Shown piece after piece: positions 40,471 to 51,441 of a stretch of DNA of 64,000 nt; the stretch's first letter is position 1; each line of letters opens with the position of its first letter. The notes below the pieces were generated by a model, which saw nothing but the letters and a program-made list of their open reading frames with translations, ran no database searches and was not told where the DNA came from. The DNA is taken from NCBI GenBank assembly GCA_044892525.1, contig CM097886.1:123442001-123506000 (forward strand), in the 5' to 3' direction. This DNA is from Schmidtea polychroa. Its lineage: Eukaryota. The translations under genes were made by a program, and so were the position numbers.

Positions 40471-40962
40471 TCAACTGAAAGTCGACTCCTCATAAATGAA
40501 AGAAACTGAACCATCTTCATTGCGACGGAATTCGAATCCAGTAAACACGTCAGTGAGATTGTGCTCATTGATTTCCAATGGTTTAGAGATTTGTTCTCCC
40601 GTTCTTTTGTTCTTTAGGTAAACTTTGATTTTTCCTTTAAGTGTGTATTTTATATAGAATTCTAATTTCCGTTCTTTACCGCCAATCCCATTGGATGGAT
40701 TCACCGTATTAGAGTAGTACGACACAAGTTCATATCCAATGAACAGATTCGAATAGTCAATATTGGAAAATAGAATATTTTCAAAGTCTATCTCGTCAAC
40801 AAATTTCTTGGGAAAAGGATACGTTCTGACGAATCTGGTGACGAGCCAGTTGATGATTGCCGTATTTGTGTATTTGACGTGATCTCTCATGGAATAATAA
40901 ATAAAATGTATCAATACTATATTAAACAATTTTTTTGTTTTAATAGAATAATTACGGAACAA
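40471..40962 (-). CDS. Unidentified 163-codon ORF or exon
   Basis: Long open frame with normal amino-acid complexity in ~70% AT DNA. No motif recognised. Confidence 0.35.
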   Translation of the reverse strand: MFRNYSIKTKKLFNIVLIHFIYYSMRDHVKYTNTAIINWLVTRFVRTYPFPKKFVDEIDFENILFSNIDYSNLFIGYELVSYYSNTVNPSNGIGGKERKLEFYIKYTLKGKIKVYLKNKRTGEQISKPLEINEHNLTDVFTGFEFRRNEDGSVSFIYEESTFS

Positions 40963-42822
40963 ATATTCAATTTATTAACTTTTATTAATTAATTAATTTT
41001 TTTTGTTAACATATTATAATGATGAAATTTTGATTATCTCACATTTTTTATACATCCTAACTACCACTAAGCTTTTTGTCAGGACTAAACGCTTTTAATG
41101 GGAATAAATTGGGTTGATATGCTATATACCAAAACAAAAGACTAATAGTACTGGTATGTACCAACATATCCATCGAATTCTCGATGTCTTTTCATCATTT
41201 TCAAATATAAAAAATATTTTTGAGTAATAAAAACATAAAAAGTTCGAAAATGTATTCTCATTTCCCTTAAAAAAATACGCCAGAAAAGGATTCAATCAGG
41301 TATGAAGTAAAATACAAAATAAATAAAAATTTCTTGAAAAAAAAGGATACTATTTTTACACAAAAAGAAGAAAAAGAAAAAAAGAGAAGTGGAAGAAAAG
41401 AAAAGAGTAAAAAGATAAATGGAAAGTGAAAAAATATAAAAATATCAAGATTAAGGCACGAAATGAAAAACTGCGCAAATGGAAAACTGCACATGATACT
41501 TGACTGGGACACATATGTCCCGATATACTCCTAAGGTTAATTCAAATACATAGAAAAGATTTTTGAAAAATAAGTAGGTCAACTGACAAATTTTGAAAAT
41601 ATTTAGAAAAAATATTGAAAATTATGTGGGTCAAATCGACTTTAAAAGTAAAGATCAGTAACTCAAAGTTGATTATTGAGAGTTTCTGACAGTGTAATTT
41701 GACTATCAATGGCTAATTTCAAAGGATTTTCCTCAGAGTTTCCGAATGCCTATTATGGTGATCCAAGGTAATAAAGGGTATTACAAGGGTCATTTTGAAT
41801 GTTTATATGAATGGTCAAAACCAATAAATATTGATATATGCACGCGCAAGTACACTCTTAATAAAAAGATATATTTTAAATTATTCATGTCTTTGTTAAT
41901 CATGCAACTGTATTTATTCTGATTCGATTGGCTAAACGTGTTATAAATAGACATTTAAAATAATCATTTCTAAATCCTATTATAAAAATGTGACAAAACG
42001 AACTGTTTAACCATAATCAGAAAAATCATATCATCAATAGCCTCCAATACTTGGTGAAGCGCACAGAGAATATAATAACTCCTGTAATATCAATTAATTC
42101 TAAATCTAGAAAGATATGAGCAAATAAACTCGAATAGTCGTTGGTTTTGTCTACATGAAAAATATTATTCTTAAATCCAGCTCCGACTATGAAAATTATT
42201 TCCAATTGTCTGTAGAAGCATAATATTTTATTTTTTAATTGTTATTATTAATATTATTAAAGATTTATTGACTACTACATATACAATCGTAATTCCCACA
42301 ATTTTCTCTCATAATATTTTCTACAATACATTAGTAATAATAAATACTGATTATCAGCACCGCCTCTAGTGATACTAGCACCCCGATGCAAGTTTCTTTT
42401 TAGCGCCCTTTATAAAAAATATATCAAAAAACTCAAAATTAAACATTTTTTTTCAATTGTAATTAACAGATATCAATTATACATAAAATCAATTGCACGA
42501 TAGTTAATTCAAAATTTTATTTTTCTTGCTTTTATCGAAGCAAATTCATCCAAAATATCATTAATTTTGATTTCATCGCAGATATCGCTTTTAATAGTAA
42601 TCATTTCCAACCCAACTAATCTCTCTTGAGAAATACTTAATCGCAAATATCTTAATCAGTTTATGTCTAGAAAATGATTTTTGGTCACTAGCTACAGAAA
42701 CTGGTAGAGTTAATAGTATCCGCAAAGATAGTGAAGAAAAAAGACAAATAAAAGCGTGATCATGCACAGAATTGATAGTAAAGGAAAGTACGATGGAAGC
42801 AGTATTAGGAAATTGCAAAAGC

Positions 42823-43781
42823 AGTTACGAAAGGAAATCCGAGAAAAATCAATAAATTGTAAAATCATCGAAATCGAATTGGGAAAACCGGACAGGTATA
42901 GATTAGCAAATGGTCAACAAAATGATGATTAGGGATTTATCAGAAAATGGTTAGGTAGGCTCGAAAAGCATTCAAATGTGTAAAAACAGAAAACATTAAT
43001 TAATTAATTAATTGGCTAATAGAAAACCCGAGCTAGTGGGAAACCTGAGCCAATAGAGAACCCTAGATATAAAGGAAACCCGAGCTGGGTAAACAAGAAG
43101 AAAAGTAAACAGAAGGAAGATTTGGGCCCATTAGCTTGACACAATGATTAATTGGAAAAGAACAAGGAGAAGAAAGTACGTGTAGAAAGGCCGGACGGGC
43201 CATTAATTATCTTTGTTCGTTGGACCATTATTGGTGACAGCCGAAGCAGATACGATGAAGCAAATTTCAAGTGAGAGATTGGCTCGGCAATAACCATTTG
43301 TCATCCAGATTTCGAAGAGTATATAAGGAAGGGGAAAATTAGACCAAATCGGCATTTTGTCTCAGCTAGGGTTAGAAGAAATCGAGCTTAGGAGAAGGTA
43401 AAAACGAATTTAGGAGATTAGGGAAAAAGAAGAGATAGAATAAAAATAAAAAGAGTGAAAAAGGATCAAATCAAAGAGAAAAAGGAAAACGTTGGTCAAG
43501 AGAACCTAAGGAAATAAAAGGTGAATATTATCTTTATCAAAGCATCAATACCGAGCGGAGAATCGGTCAAACTCGAACTGTTGGACTATTTATTATTGAT
43601 TGTGTATTATTGAGAGAAAATATATTTTGATTTCAATATACGTTGGGTCGTTTATTGTTTTGATTTAAACTTTAAAAAATTCCTTTAAATCTTCTAATAA
43701 TAACCTTTAATAGTATCCTTTAAATTTTAAAGGACACGAGGAGTCAGAGGTAACCAACTTAAATTAACTGAAAACCCAACA
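42823..43781 (+). repeat. 5' LTR (left boundary approximate)
   Basis: Ends ...aacccaaCA 7 nt before the PBS. TATA-like gtatataag at ~43318 and AATAAA at ~43439 and ~43512. The start (a)GTTACG resembles TGTTACG. Confidence 0.6.
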
Positions 43782-43788
43782 TATATTC

Positions 43789-43805
43789 TGGTGAGCCGAC
43801 GTGAT
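43789..43805 (+). promoter_or_regulatory. Primer-binding site, tRNA-Trp
   Basis: TGGTGAGCCGACGTGAT versus the canonical tRNA-Trp PBS TGGTGACCCCGACGTGAT (one gap, one mismatch). Confidence 0.8.
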
Positions 43806-44022
43806 CCAAAGTCGGCGGAGAATTATTGAAAGTTATTGGAAAAATATTTGGAAAAACAATACAGAAGTAATTGAAGGTCGGCTGAGAATTATTGAAAATT
43901 ACTGGAAAATTTGTTGGAAAATAGTGCTGACGAGATAGATATTAAAGGTTATTATTAGAAGATTTAAAGGAATTTGTAAAGTAAATTTAAATTATTGTTT
44001 AACGTTTGAAGTTTAGCTCAAA

Positions 44023-45544
44023 GTGAATCAATACAACCTCAGAAGTCAAAAACAAGTCCAAATGGCAAATGATGATGCTGTTATGCCTCTCAATCGAGAG
44101 ATGATTGATTTCGCAAGATGCCGGAAATTACCCGTCAATCAATATGGAGGAGACCCTGTTGAATTCGCAGATTTCATTGGAGATTATTATATGTATGCCT
44201 CAGCATACGGATGGACACAAGCCATTATGGTTCAGAGATTCCCACTCTATTTGAAGGGTGCAGCAAGGGAAACCTGGCAACAAGTAGATAAACGAAACGT
44301 TGGTAATGATTGGTCCAAATTGAAGGATGCAATGGCACTGAAACTGGTTGGTGGAGATATCAAAAGAATCATGAGACAGAAATTCTATAATCGAGTTGAA
44401 GGTTCAGATGAATCGGTCAGTGAGTTTGCTTATCATCTGACCACTTTAGCAGATAAAGCCTTTGAAGTCAAACCAGATCAAGTAGATATGGCCAAGCAGA
44501 TTAAAGAGTTGTTGGAATATCAGTTTATAACCGAAGTCCACTCCGAAATCAAAAAGGCCCTATGTTATGTTGATTTTTCTAATTTCGATGAGCTCGTGAA
44601 GAAAGCCATGAAGATCGAGCTGAATTTGAAAAGTGCAAAAAGATCAGATACTTTTGGAGTAAATGTGGAGAGACATGAGGGGTCAATTACTCCTGTGAAA
44701 GCATCATGGGATGAAAAGAAAATAAACCAAATCAGTAGTCCGATTTTGAGACCAAATAATAGATTTCAAGCCAGTAGATCAGCCATGAACGTGCAATCAA
44801 ATGGACAGGTAAAAACCCTCAGTGCGAACATTGCCAAAAGTCCGGACACTACTCAAATCAATGTTGGTTCGAATTGGGAAAAATCCTAGCCCTAAAAAGA
44901 GATTCACAGATAACAAAAGGATCAACAGTGATGTCGAATGCTATCGATGTGGAAAGAAAGGGCATATTAGCAGAAACTGTTTCACTAGATCAAGGTCATC
45001 GTCAACGTCACCTTCACCACAAAGGGACAAAGTGAATACCAATGGACAAATACAATGCCATACGTGCAAGGGATACGGTCATATGGCGCGACCATGCCCA
45101 AGGAACTCAGAAAGATTTAGCATACCTATATTAAAGAAATCGATTAGGTTCCATGAAGATATGCCAAATACCAGTAATATGACATAGGCGCAGAGAGAGG
45201 AATTTCAAGACAAAATGGAAAAGAAATTTCGAGAAATGCGACAGAAGTTGAACAAATTAGTGGCTAAATTCGAATCAAACGAGGAAACTGAATCTCATAT
45301 GATAATTGGAACCGTGTCAGAAGGTGAGGAAAAACCCACCACGAAAGTGAGAAAAATCGTATCAGATGAGAATCCGACGGCATTGTTAGCCCGAGTTGAA
45401 AGATGGCTTGCAAGAATGGAAACTGACAACTCCCAGTTGAAACGATGGATCGCAGAACTCAGTTTGATGTCACTAACCCAGAGTGAATTAAAAAGAGCAA
45501 TAAATTTATGTGTAAAGCTAATTCAAAGTACACAGAGACGATGA
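44023..45544 (+). pseudogene. gag: Gag with two CCHC zinc knuckles and a coiled-coil extension (frameshift near 44880, stop at ~45185)
   Basis: YNLRS N-terminal motif, capsid-like YGGDPVEF..F..Y...A..YGW..FPLYLKGAARETW, and knuckles CYRCGKKGHISRNC and CHTCKGYGHMARPC. Confidence 0.9.
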
Positions 45545-45605
45545 GATACTTAAACAAATGCAGAAGTTTGGCAAGGCTTTACGGTCAACAAAGGATTTAG
45601 CTGAT

Positions 45606-45815
45606 ATCATAGTGGAAACGACTGGACTTGATAATGTGAAGTGCCAATTCCGTGTAAATGCATACGGACAAATCAGAGAGCTAAAGGAGCGAATACTGCG
45701 TCAATACAGTGGATGACAAGTGCAATTAAAATTTGAGAATCGATTTCTGGAAGACGAAGAGTACTTAGTAGATTGCGGTCTGATACCAGGCTGGAAAAAT
45801 AAAGTAAATGTCGTT
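45606..45815 (+). pseudogene. Ubiquitin-like domain 1 (not in the ORF track; internal TGA at 45714)
   Basis: IIVETTGLDNVKCQFRVNAYGQIRELKERILRQYSG*QVQLKFENRFLEDEEYLVDCGLIPGWKNKVNVV aligns with ubiquitin IFVKT..TI..VKAKI..LIFAGKQLED..TLSDY.I. Confidence 0.7.
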
Positions 45816-45851
45816 AATGCAGTCACTACTTTTAATTCAGGTAGACAGAAT

Positions 45852-46098
45852 TGGGAAAAGATTCTAGCAGATTTACAAGACACTGTATGCAGGGAATAAA
45901 GATAAAATTAATGCGAGTATCGACTTCATAATGAGCAATGAAATGGATCGAGAAATGAAAGAAGGGTTGTTTGAATGCATCGTACCGTATACGAATAAAC
46001 CGACAAGTTATCAAGCAAAGTTAAAAGAAGTAATCCGAAAACTAGGACATGATTATGGGTGGCAGACAATAGTGCGAAGTCTTTGTTACAAGCGTTGA
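45852..46098 (+). pseudogene. Possible CARD/death-fold helical domain
   Basis: WEKILADLQDTV/GNKDKINASIDFIMSNEMDREMKEGLFECIVPYTNKPTSYQAKLKEVIRKLGHDYGWQTIVRSL, assembled across one frameshift. The pattern resembles CARD D-x-L-L-S-x-E-L...R-x-L-x-D-L-x-x-[RK]G. Confidence 0.35.
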
Positions 46099-46290
46099 AT
46101 ATTGCGGATCAAAGGATTGAATATTATCAGGAACATTGGAGTGTAAAAGCAAAGAAAATACGACAAAAAGCAGCGGAGATATTAGGTAATGAAGGAATTA
46201 TCGTGTTGACGTTCAAAGGACGAGAATTAGATGATGACGAATATTTATTGAATTACGGATGTAACCCAAATTGCATTAATAATGTATACG
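46095..46290 (+). pseudogene. Ubiquitin-like domain 2
   Basis: AKKIRQKAAEILGNEGIIVLTFKGRELDDDEYLLNYGCNPNCINNV is paralogous to UBL1 (LxFxxRxL[ED]D[ED]EYLx[DN]xGxxPxxxNxV). Confidence 0.7.
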
Positions 46291-46635
46291 CAGCAAAGCA
46301 AAGTGATAATGCCGTTTTGCCCTCCGTATGAGGAAACGGACAATGATAACGTAGAGACAATGGAGATTAAAACTGAAGTTGTAGATGACCCATGATAAAT
46401 TGATCAGGAAATTAATGAATGGCAGAGTTTGGAAACACTGAAAAATAATGAAATGGGATCGGAAAATGTAGCTAAAAGGGATATCGAGGAAATGAGCACC
46501 GATAACAGGGTATTACCAAGTATAAATAAAACGAAAAGTGAAGAGAACTTCGTTGAAACGGAAAATGACATTGCGATATGTCGGAAACGACAAAATGATG
46601 CGGAAACTGAATCTTTGAGTTTAGATGAATCAAGC

Positions 46636-47016
46636 GAAACTGAGCGAGTATTAAAAAGTTTAATTGCGGAATTGTACTTGTTCGATGAAACTGAAACAAA
46701 AAGAGATGATACTTCGGAGGAGGAGGAAAGAGTTGTAAAGAAATTAGCAACGGAATTACAAAGGAGATTACCGTCGATAATTAAAACAAATAATGAAGAA
46801 AAGGAATTTTGTGAGGAAGCAGTAATTGAGGAGCTAACACGAACCGCGTTGGATCGAGATGTAATATTGACAGTGCTAGCCTATATAATATTGGAGATCG
46901 GTATTTATGGTTGTTTAGAAGCTGACAATTCAAAATCGTTAATAAAGAAAGCCACTGAAATGACGAATAAATATTTGATGAAGTGGATTGCAAACAATGG
47001 CGGATGGGAAAATTTG
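46636..47016 (+). CDS. Bcl-2-family domain within ORF 46429-47226
   Basis: BH3-like VKKLATELQRR, BH1-like EAVIEELTRTALDRDVILTVLAY (NWGR lost) and a strong BH2, KYLMKWIANNGGWENL. Confidence 0.8.
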
Positions 47017-47067
47017 ATACAAAAGACGGAGAGCCCAAAAACAGAGACAGTAAGGGAAAAGGGAAAA

Positions 47068-49083
47068 CTCGCATTTCCATGGTTGATGATCTCTATTATT
47101 ATGTTATTGGGAATAATAAACACGACGAATTCATTGGTGGCATACGGCTGCTCCCAAACCGAAATGGGAAGAGTATATTCGTTGGTAAACGTAGCAGTGT
47201 TCAGATGCATACCCAGTAAAGTTTAAAGTGACAAATCCAGTAAAATATCATGTATATCAAGAATCTGGGTTTCGACGAGCAAAGGTGAGAGAGTATACAG
47301 TCAAACGAACTACTTTTGTATTTTATTGTGGAAAATGGAGCCACTCATTGATGGTGAAAATGCAATCGATACCTAGACCGATTGAGATAATTCCAGAAAA
47401 TTGCCTGGCAGCCTTTCGAACGGGACAGCTGAAAATCAATGCCGATATTAAATTGTAAGCAAAGCTAAACCACAAAATCCGTGAGACTGTAACCGTGAAA
47501 GGGATAATAAAGTCGAATGGTGATTGCCAAGGAGAACCATACAAAATAGCGATGCGATAATTGACCAAGCCGTTGTTGTGGAAGAGTACATGTCGGAACT
47601 AAGTTAGTTTGATGGATCATTCGATGATGATACGTGTAAACTACAGACACATCCATTCTGCAACATGAAACAATCTAGGTGACAGACAGTAGAATCAATC
47701 TTGGTGTACCATGTCGATACAATACGGTTCAATTTAGTGCAATTAAAGTCAATGTGTTTTAAAGAAATAACGGGAGAGCAGATCAGGGAAAAGCCTGAGA
47801 AGATAAGAATGGATCCAGCAACGAATACAACAACAAGAATCACACCTCTACGGATGAAAGATACTTCAACAGTATTAATGTCAACCTCAACAGAAGATGG
47901 GATGAGATTCCTGAGAAAAGAAACTAAAACAAAGTGTGGACAAAGTGTCTATGAGACAAATTATATGTATCTCAGAAGGTGATTACAGAGTCTCAAACAA
48001 ATATAGATGCCGGAGATATTAAGTTGACAAATTACTTTAATAACAAAATAGATTATTTGTTTCATTTTGGTCAAAATACCGTTGAAAATGTGTACCGAGA
48101 AGTTATTATAAATGATTGCAATCTCAAAAAAGAAATACTCCGAAATCGGATGCCAATGGCTAAAACCAATCCTAATTTGATAGCACCATTGTCAATTACA
48201 GAAAATGGGGTGTTTGCCAGAATTTTCGGTGAAGCACTATATAGCTATAAATGTAAAGCGGTACCAGTTAAACTAACAAAGTACGACCAATGCACCAACA
48301 AGTTACCAGTAAATTTAAATGGAAAGTTGCGATTTATGGAGCCTATGACACGAATCTTACTGGAAGAGGACGTGAAACCGAAAGTATTACAGTGCAATAG
48401 ATTGTTGGCACCACTATACAGACTAACACCAGAATCTTGGATTGCATTGCCAGATCATCGAGAAGTGAAGACACCGGAAAATTTAGAATTGACAGAATTA
48501 CAATATCTGGTGAATTTTACGTCGTTAGAAAAATTGTCGCAAAGTGGAATTTACTCGAGCGAAGACATTGAGGAAGCTCGCAGAAAATTGTTATTTCCGT
48601 CGAAGAAGGAAAGAGTAATAATGGAAATGGTAGATACAATTCTCCCAAGCGGAAGTGGGTAGGTAAATTACGAGTATTTGTTAACTCCAGATCATTTCAA
48701 GAAAGCGATGTAATACACAATGAAAAAGATCTGGTGAAAATTTATGTTCATTGGACAAACCGTGCGCCGGATTGATTGGAATTTATGTAATATGTGTTGT
48801 AATCAAAGTAATAATATCGCAGGTCCTTTCAACACACAGGTTATACGCGATCTCAGGTTGGTCGTGGAAACTAGTAATTGTTTGCATACCATTATTGGCC
48901 AGATTCTTCATTGCTCATCATCAATATCAGGAGTTGGAGATACTCAAGGCGCGAATATTAAAGAAGAAAAAGGTGAGCTTCGCTAGTATAACCCCTTCAA
49001 GGGACGAGAATAATGACAATGACAACGAGGGTGATAGTGCACCGTTATATGTAGATAATCAAGAACTAAAGTGGAGTAAATAA
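47068..49083 (+). pseudogene. env: Class III fusion (chuvirus/herpes gB-like) envelope glycoprotein, fragmented
   Basis: Hydrophobic leader then AYGC..YSLVNV..C, YCGKWSHS, GDCQG, CGQSVYET, DC.LKKEIL, GEALYSYKCKAVPV..CTNKLPV, P.TRIL, C....P.Y, SGIYSSEDIEE.R..LLFP, and a TM followed by LY.ISGWSWKL. Confidence 0.8.
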
Positions 49084-49339
49084 AGAAGCGTTAAGAACCT
49101 ATCAAATCTTAAAATAGCCACTGTTGAATGCGAGTAGCGTAGACACGTTTACAAAATTGTGTATACCAAAATCATTTATGCAATCAGCACCAGTTTATCC
49201 AGTTGATCGATTACGAGAAATGAAATCAGTCGAAAATATCGCATTACAATGTGAAAGAATGGCAGGAGAGAGAGTCGAGTCTTCTAGTGCGGAGATCGAG
49301 AGAAAGAATATGTTAGGCTTACCATGCAATTACTCATTG

Positions 49340-49642
49340 ATGACATTAACAAAAAGAGGAAAACAACCCCGAATATTTATACAAATGAACAAACATAAAG
49401 TGGAAGCTTTGGTTGATTCGGGATTTAGTCACACAATAATATCGGAAAATGTATTAAACGCGAAGGAAAGAATGCGAATAAAGCCTACCGACGAAATAGT
49501 TAGATCATTATCAAAAAACGAATTAAACATAATTGGACAACTTAACGTCGTATTCCATATTGGAGATCGAATAATAGCTCACGATGCGCTCATAATGAAG
49601 GGACGTCCAGCACAATGTCTGATCGGCATGGATATATTATAG
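49340..49642 (+). pseudogene. Retropepsin aspartic protease
   Basis: VEALVDSGFSHTIIS...CLIGMDIL. Confidence 0.9.
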
Positions 49643-50149
49643 CAGCTGGACGGAATCTCACTTGATTTAAAGACAGGTAATTTGATAGCAGGAGAAACAG
49701 GAGAAATAATTCACAGGACAGGTGAAGTGTTTTTGAATCAGACATTAACAATACCACCACAATCGGAGATGGTCTACTGTGCAAATACCATGAGTGTGGA
49801 TAATGGCGATTTTATATTTGAACCAAATCAAACGCTAATCGAAAAATATGATCTACCGATATGTGACGAAATTATCAAAGTGGAAAATCAGTACCAGTCC
49901 ATATACTAATAGCAGTAAGAAACCGGTTCAGCTACACCCAAAAACAAAATTGGGAAAGTTATCAAAAATGTCTATTGAAACAAATTGCAAAATTCCAAGA
50001 AACGTCAAGGTGTATAAAGAGCCTGAAGTGGTAAGCAATGATTTAAATGAGATACAGAAAAAGGAATTCACAAAACTATTGAGAAAATACCGAGACATCT
50101 TTGCCAAACATGAATATGATTTGGGTTTAACCAATGTAATTGAGCATGA

Positions 50150-51400
50150 AATACCGTTATAAGACGAAACTCCAATTAAAATAAAGCCATACAGAATCCC
50201 TCCCCTACGTTCATCAAGATGAAAGTGATAGACAGATTACAGCAATGAAGGAATTTGGAATAATTCGAGATAGTGCGTCACCATTCTTCTCATCAATAGT
50301 GATAGTTAAGAAAAAAGATGGAGACTTACGATTTTTCGTAGAATATCGGAAGCTAAATCAAGTTACGAGGAAAGATACTTATCCTATTCCGGTACCTCAA
50401 GAAATGTTCGATCAAATGGGAGAGGCACGATATTTCACAGTTATTGATTTAAACAAAGGGTACAATCAATTTAGAGTAAAAGAGGAAGATAGAGGAAAGA
50501 CGGCGTTCTCTGATGGCAAAGGATTATATGAATTCAACGTGTTACTATTTGGATTAACAGGAGCCCCAGCTACATTCCAACGAGGAATGAATTATGTGTT
50601 ACGAGGTATTCGACATGCATTGGTGTATATCGACGATATAATAATATTTTCAAATGATTTTGAAGAACACCTCAAAGATGTAGAAACCGTATTTAAACGG
50701 CTCAAAAATGCAAAATTAAAAATCAAACCATCGAAATGTGAATGGGGCAAAGCAGAAGTAGTTTATGTCGGACATATAATATCACGGCGAGGGTTACAAA
50801 CTAATCCAGATAACATCAAAAAAGTGGAAGAGTACCCAGTATCGAAAGATGCCGATGAGGTCAGACAATTTTTAGGTTTGGCTAGCTATTACAGAAAATT
50901 TATAAAAGATTTCTCTCATATCACTCAACCATTGAATACGTTACTAAAGAAAAACAATAAATTTATTTGAGGATAAATGCAACAAAGCGCTTTCAATACA
51001 TTAAAAGAGAAATTAGTGACAACTCCCATATTACGATATCCAGATTTTACGAAACAATTTATCTTGATGACGAATGCAAGCAATGTTGCATTGGACGCGG
51101 TGTTGGGCCAAAAATTTGAAGGTGAAAAGGACAACATAATAGCATACGCAAGCACATCACTGAGATCTCATGAGAAAAACTACTCAACTATTGAAAAGGA
51201 AATGTTAGCGTTAGTGTATGGAATTACTACTTTTAGACAATATTTATTGGGCAGAAAATTTACACAGAGATTCAACCAGTAAGTTAATTCGATGGTCGAT
51301 TGCCCTCCAAGAATACGATTTTGAGATTAAATATCGGACAGGTAAAGCTAACGCAAATGCAGATGCAATGTCAAGAATCACAGAAAATGATAGGGAAGGA
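50150..51400 (+). pseudogene. pol: Reverse transcriptase + RNase H (disrupted)
   Basis: PIKIKPYRIP, SPFFSSIVIVKKKDG.LRF.VEYRKLN, DLNKGYNQ, FGLTGAPATFQR, YIDD, FLGLASYYRKFI, then TNASN..L.AVL.Q, YSTIEKEMLA and IKYRTGKANANADAMSR. Confidence 0.95.
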
Positions 51401-51441
51401 ACACCTGAAAAATTGGAAGGTACTATATTCGCTGCAATGAT

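Noticed and set aside
44860-44889. Programmed ribosomal frameshift in gag at gggaaaaa
   Set aside because: The required shift is +1 and no in-frame X XXY YYZ heptamer is present. The element has many other disabling indels, so decay is more likely.
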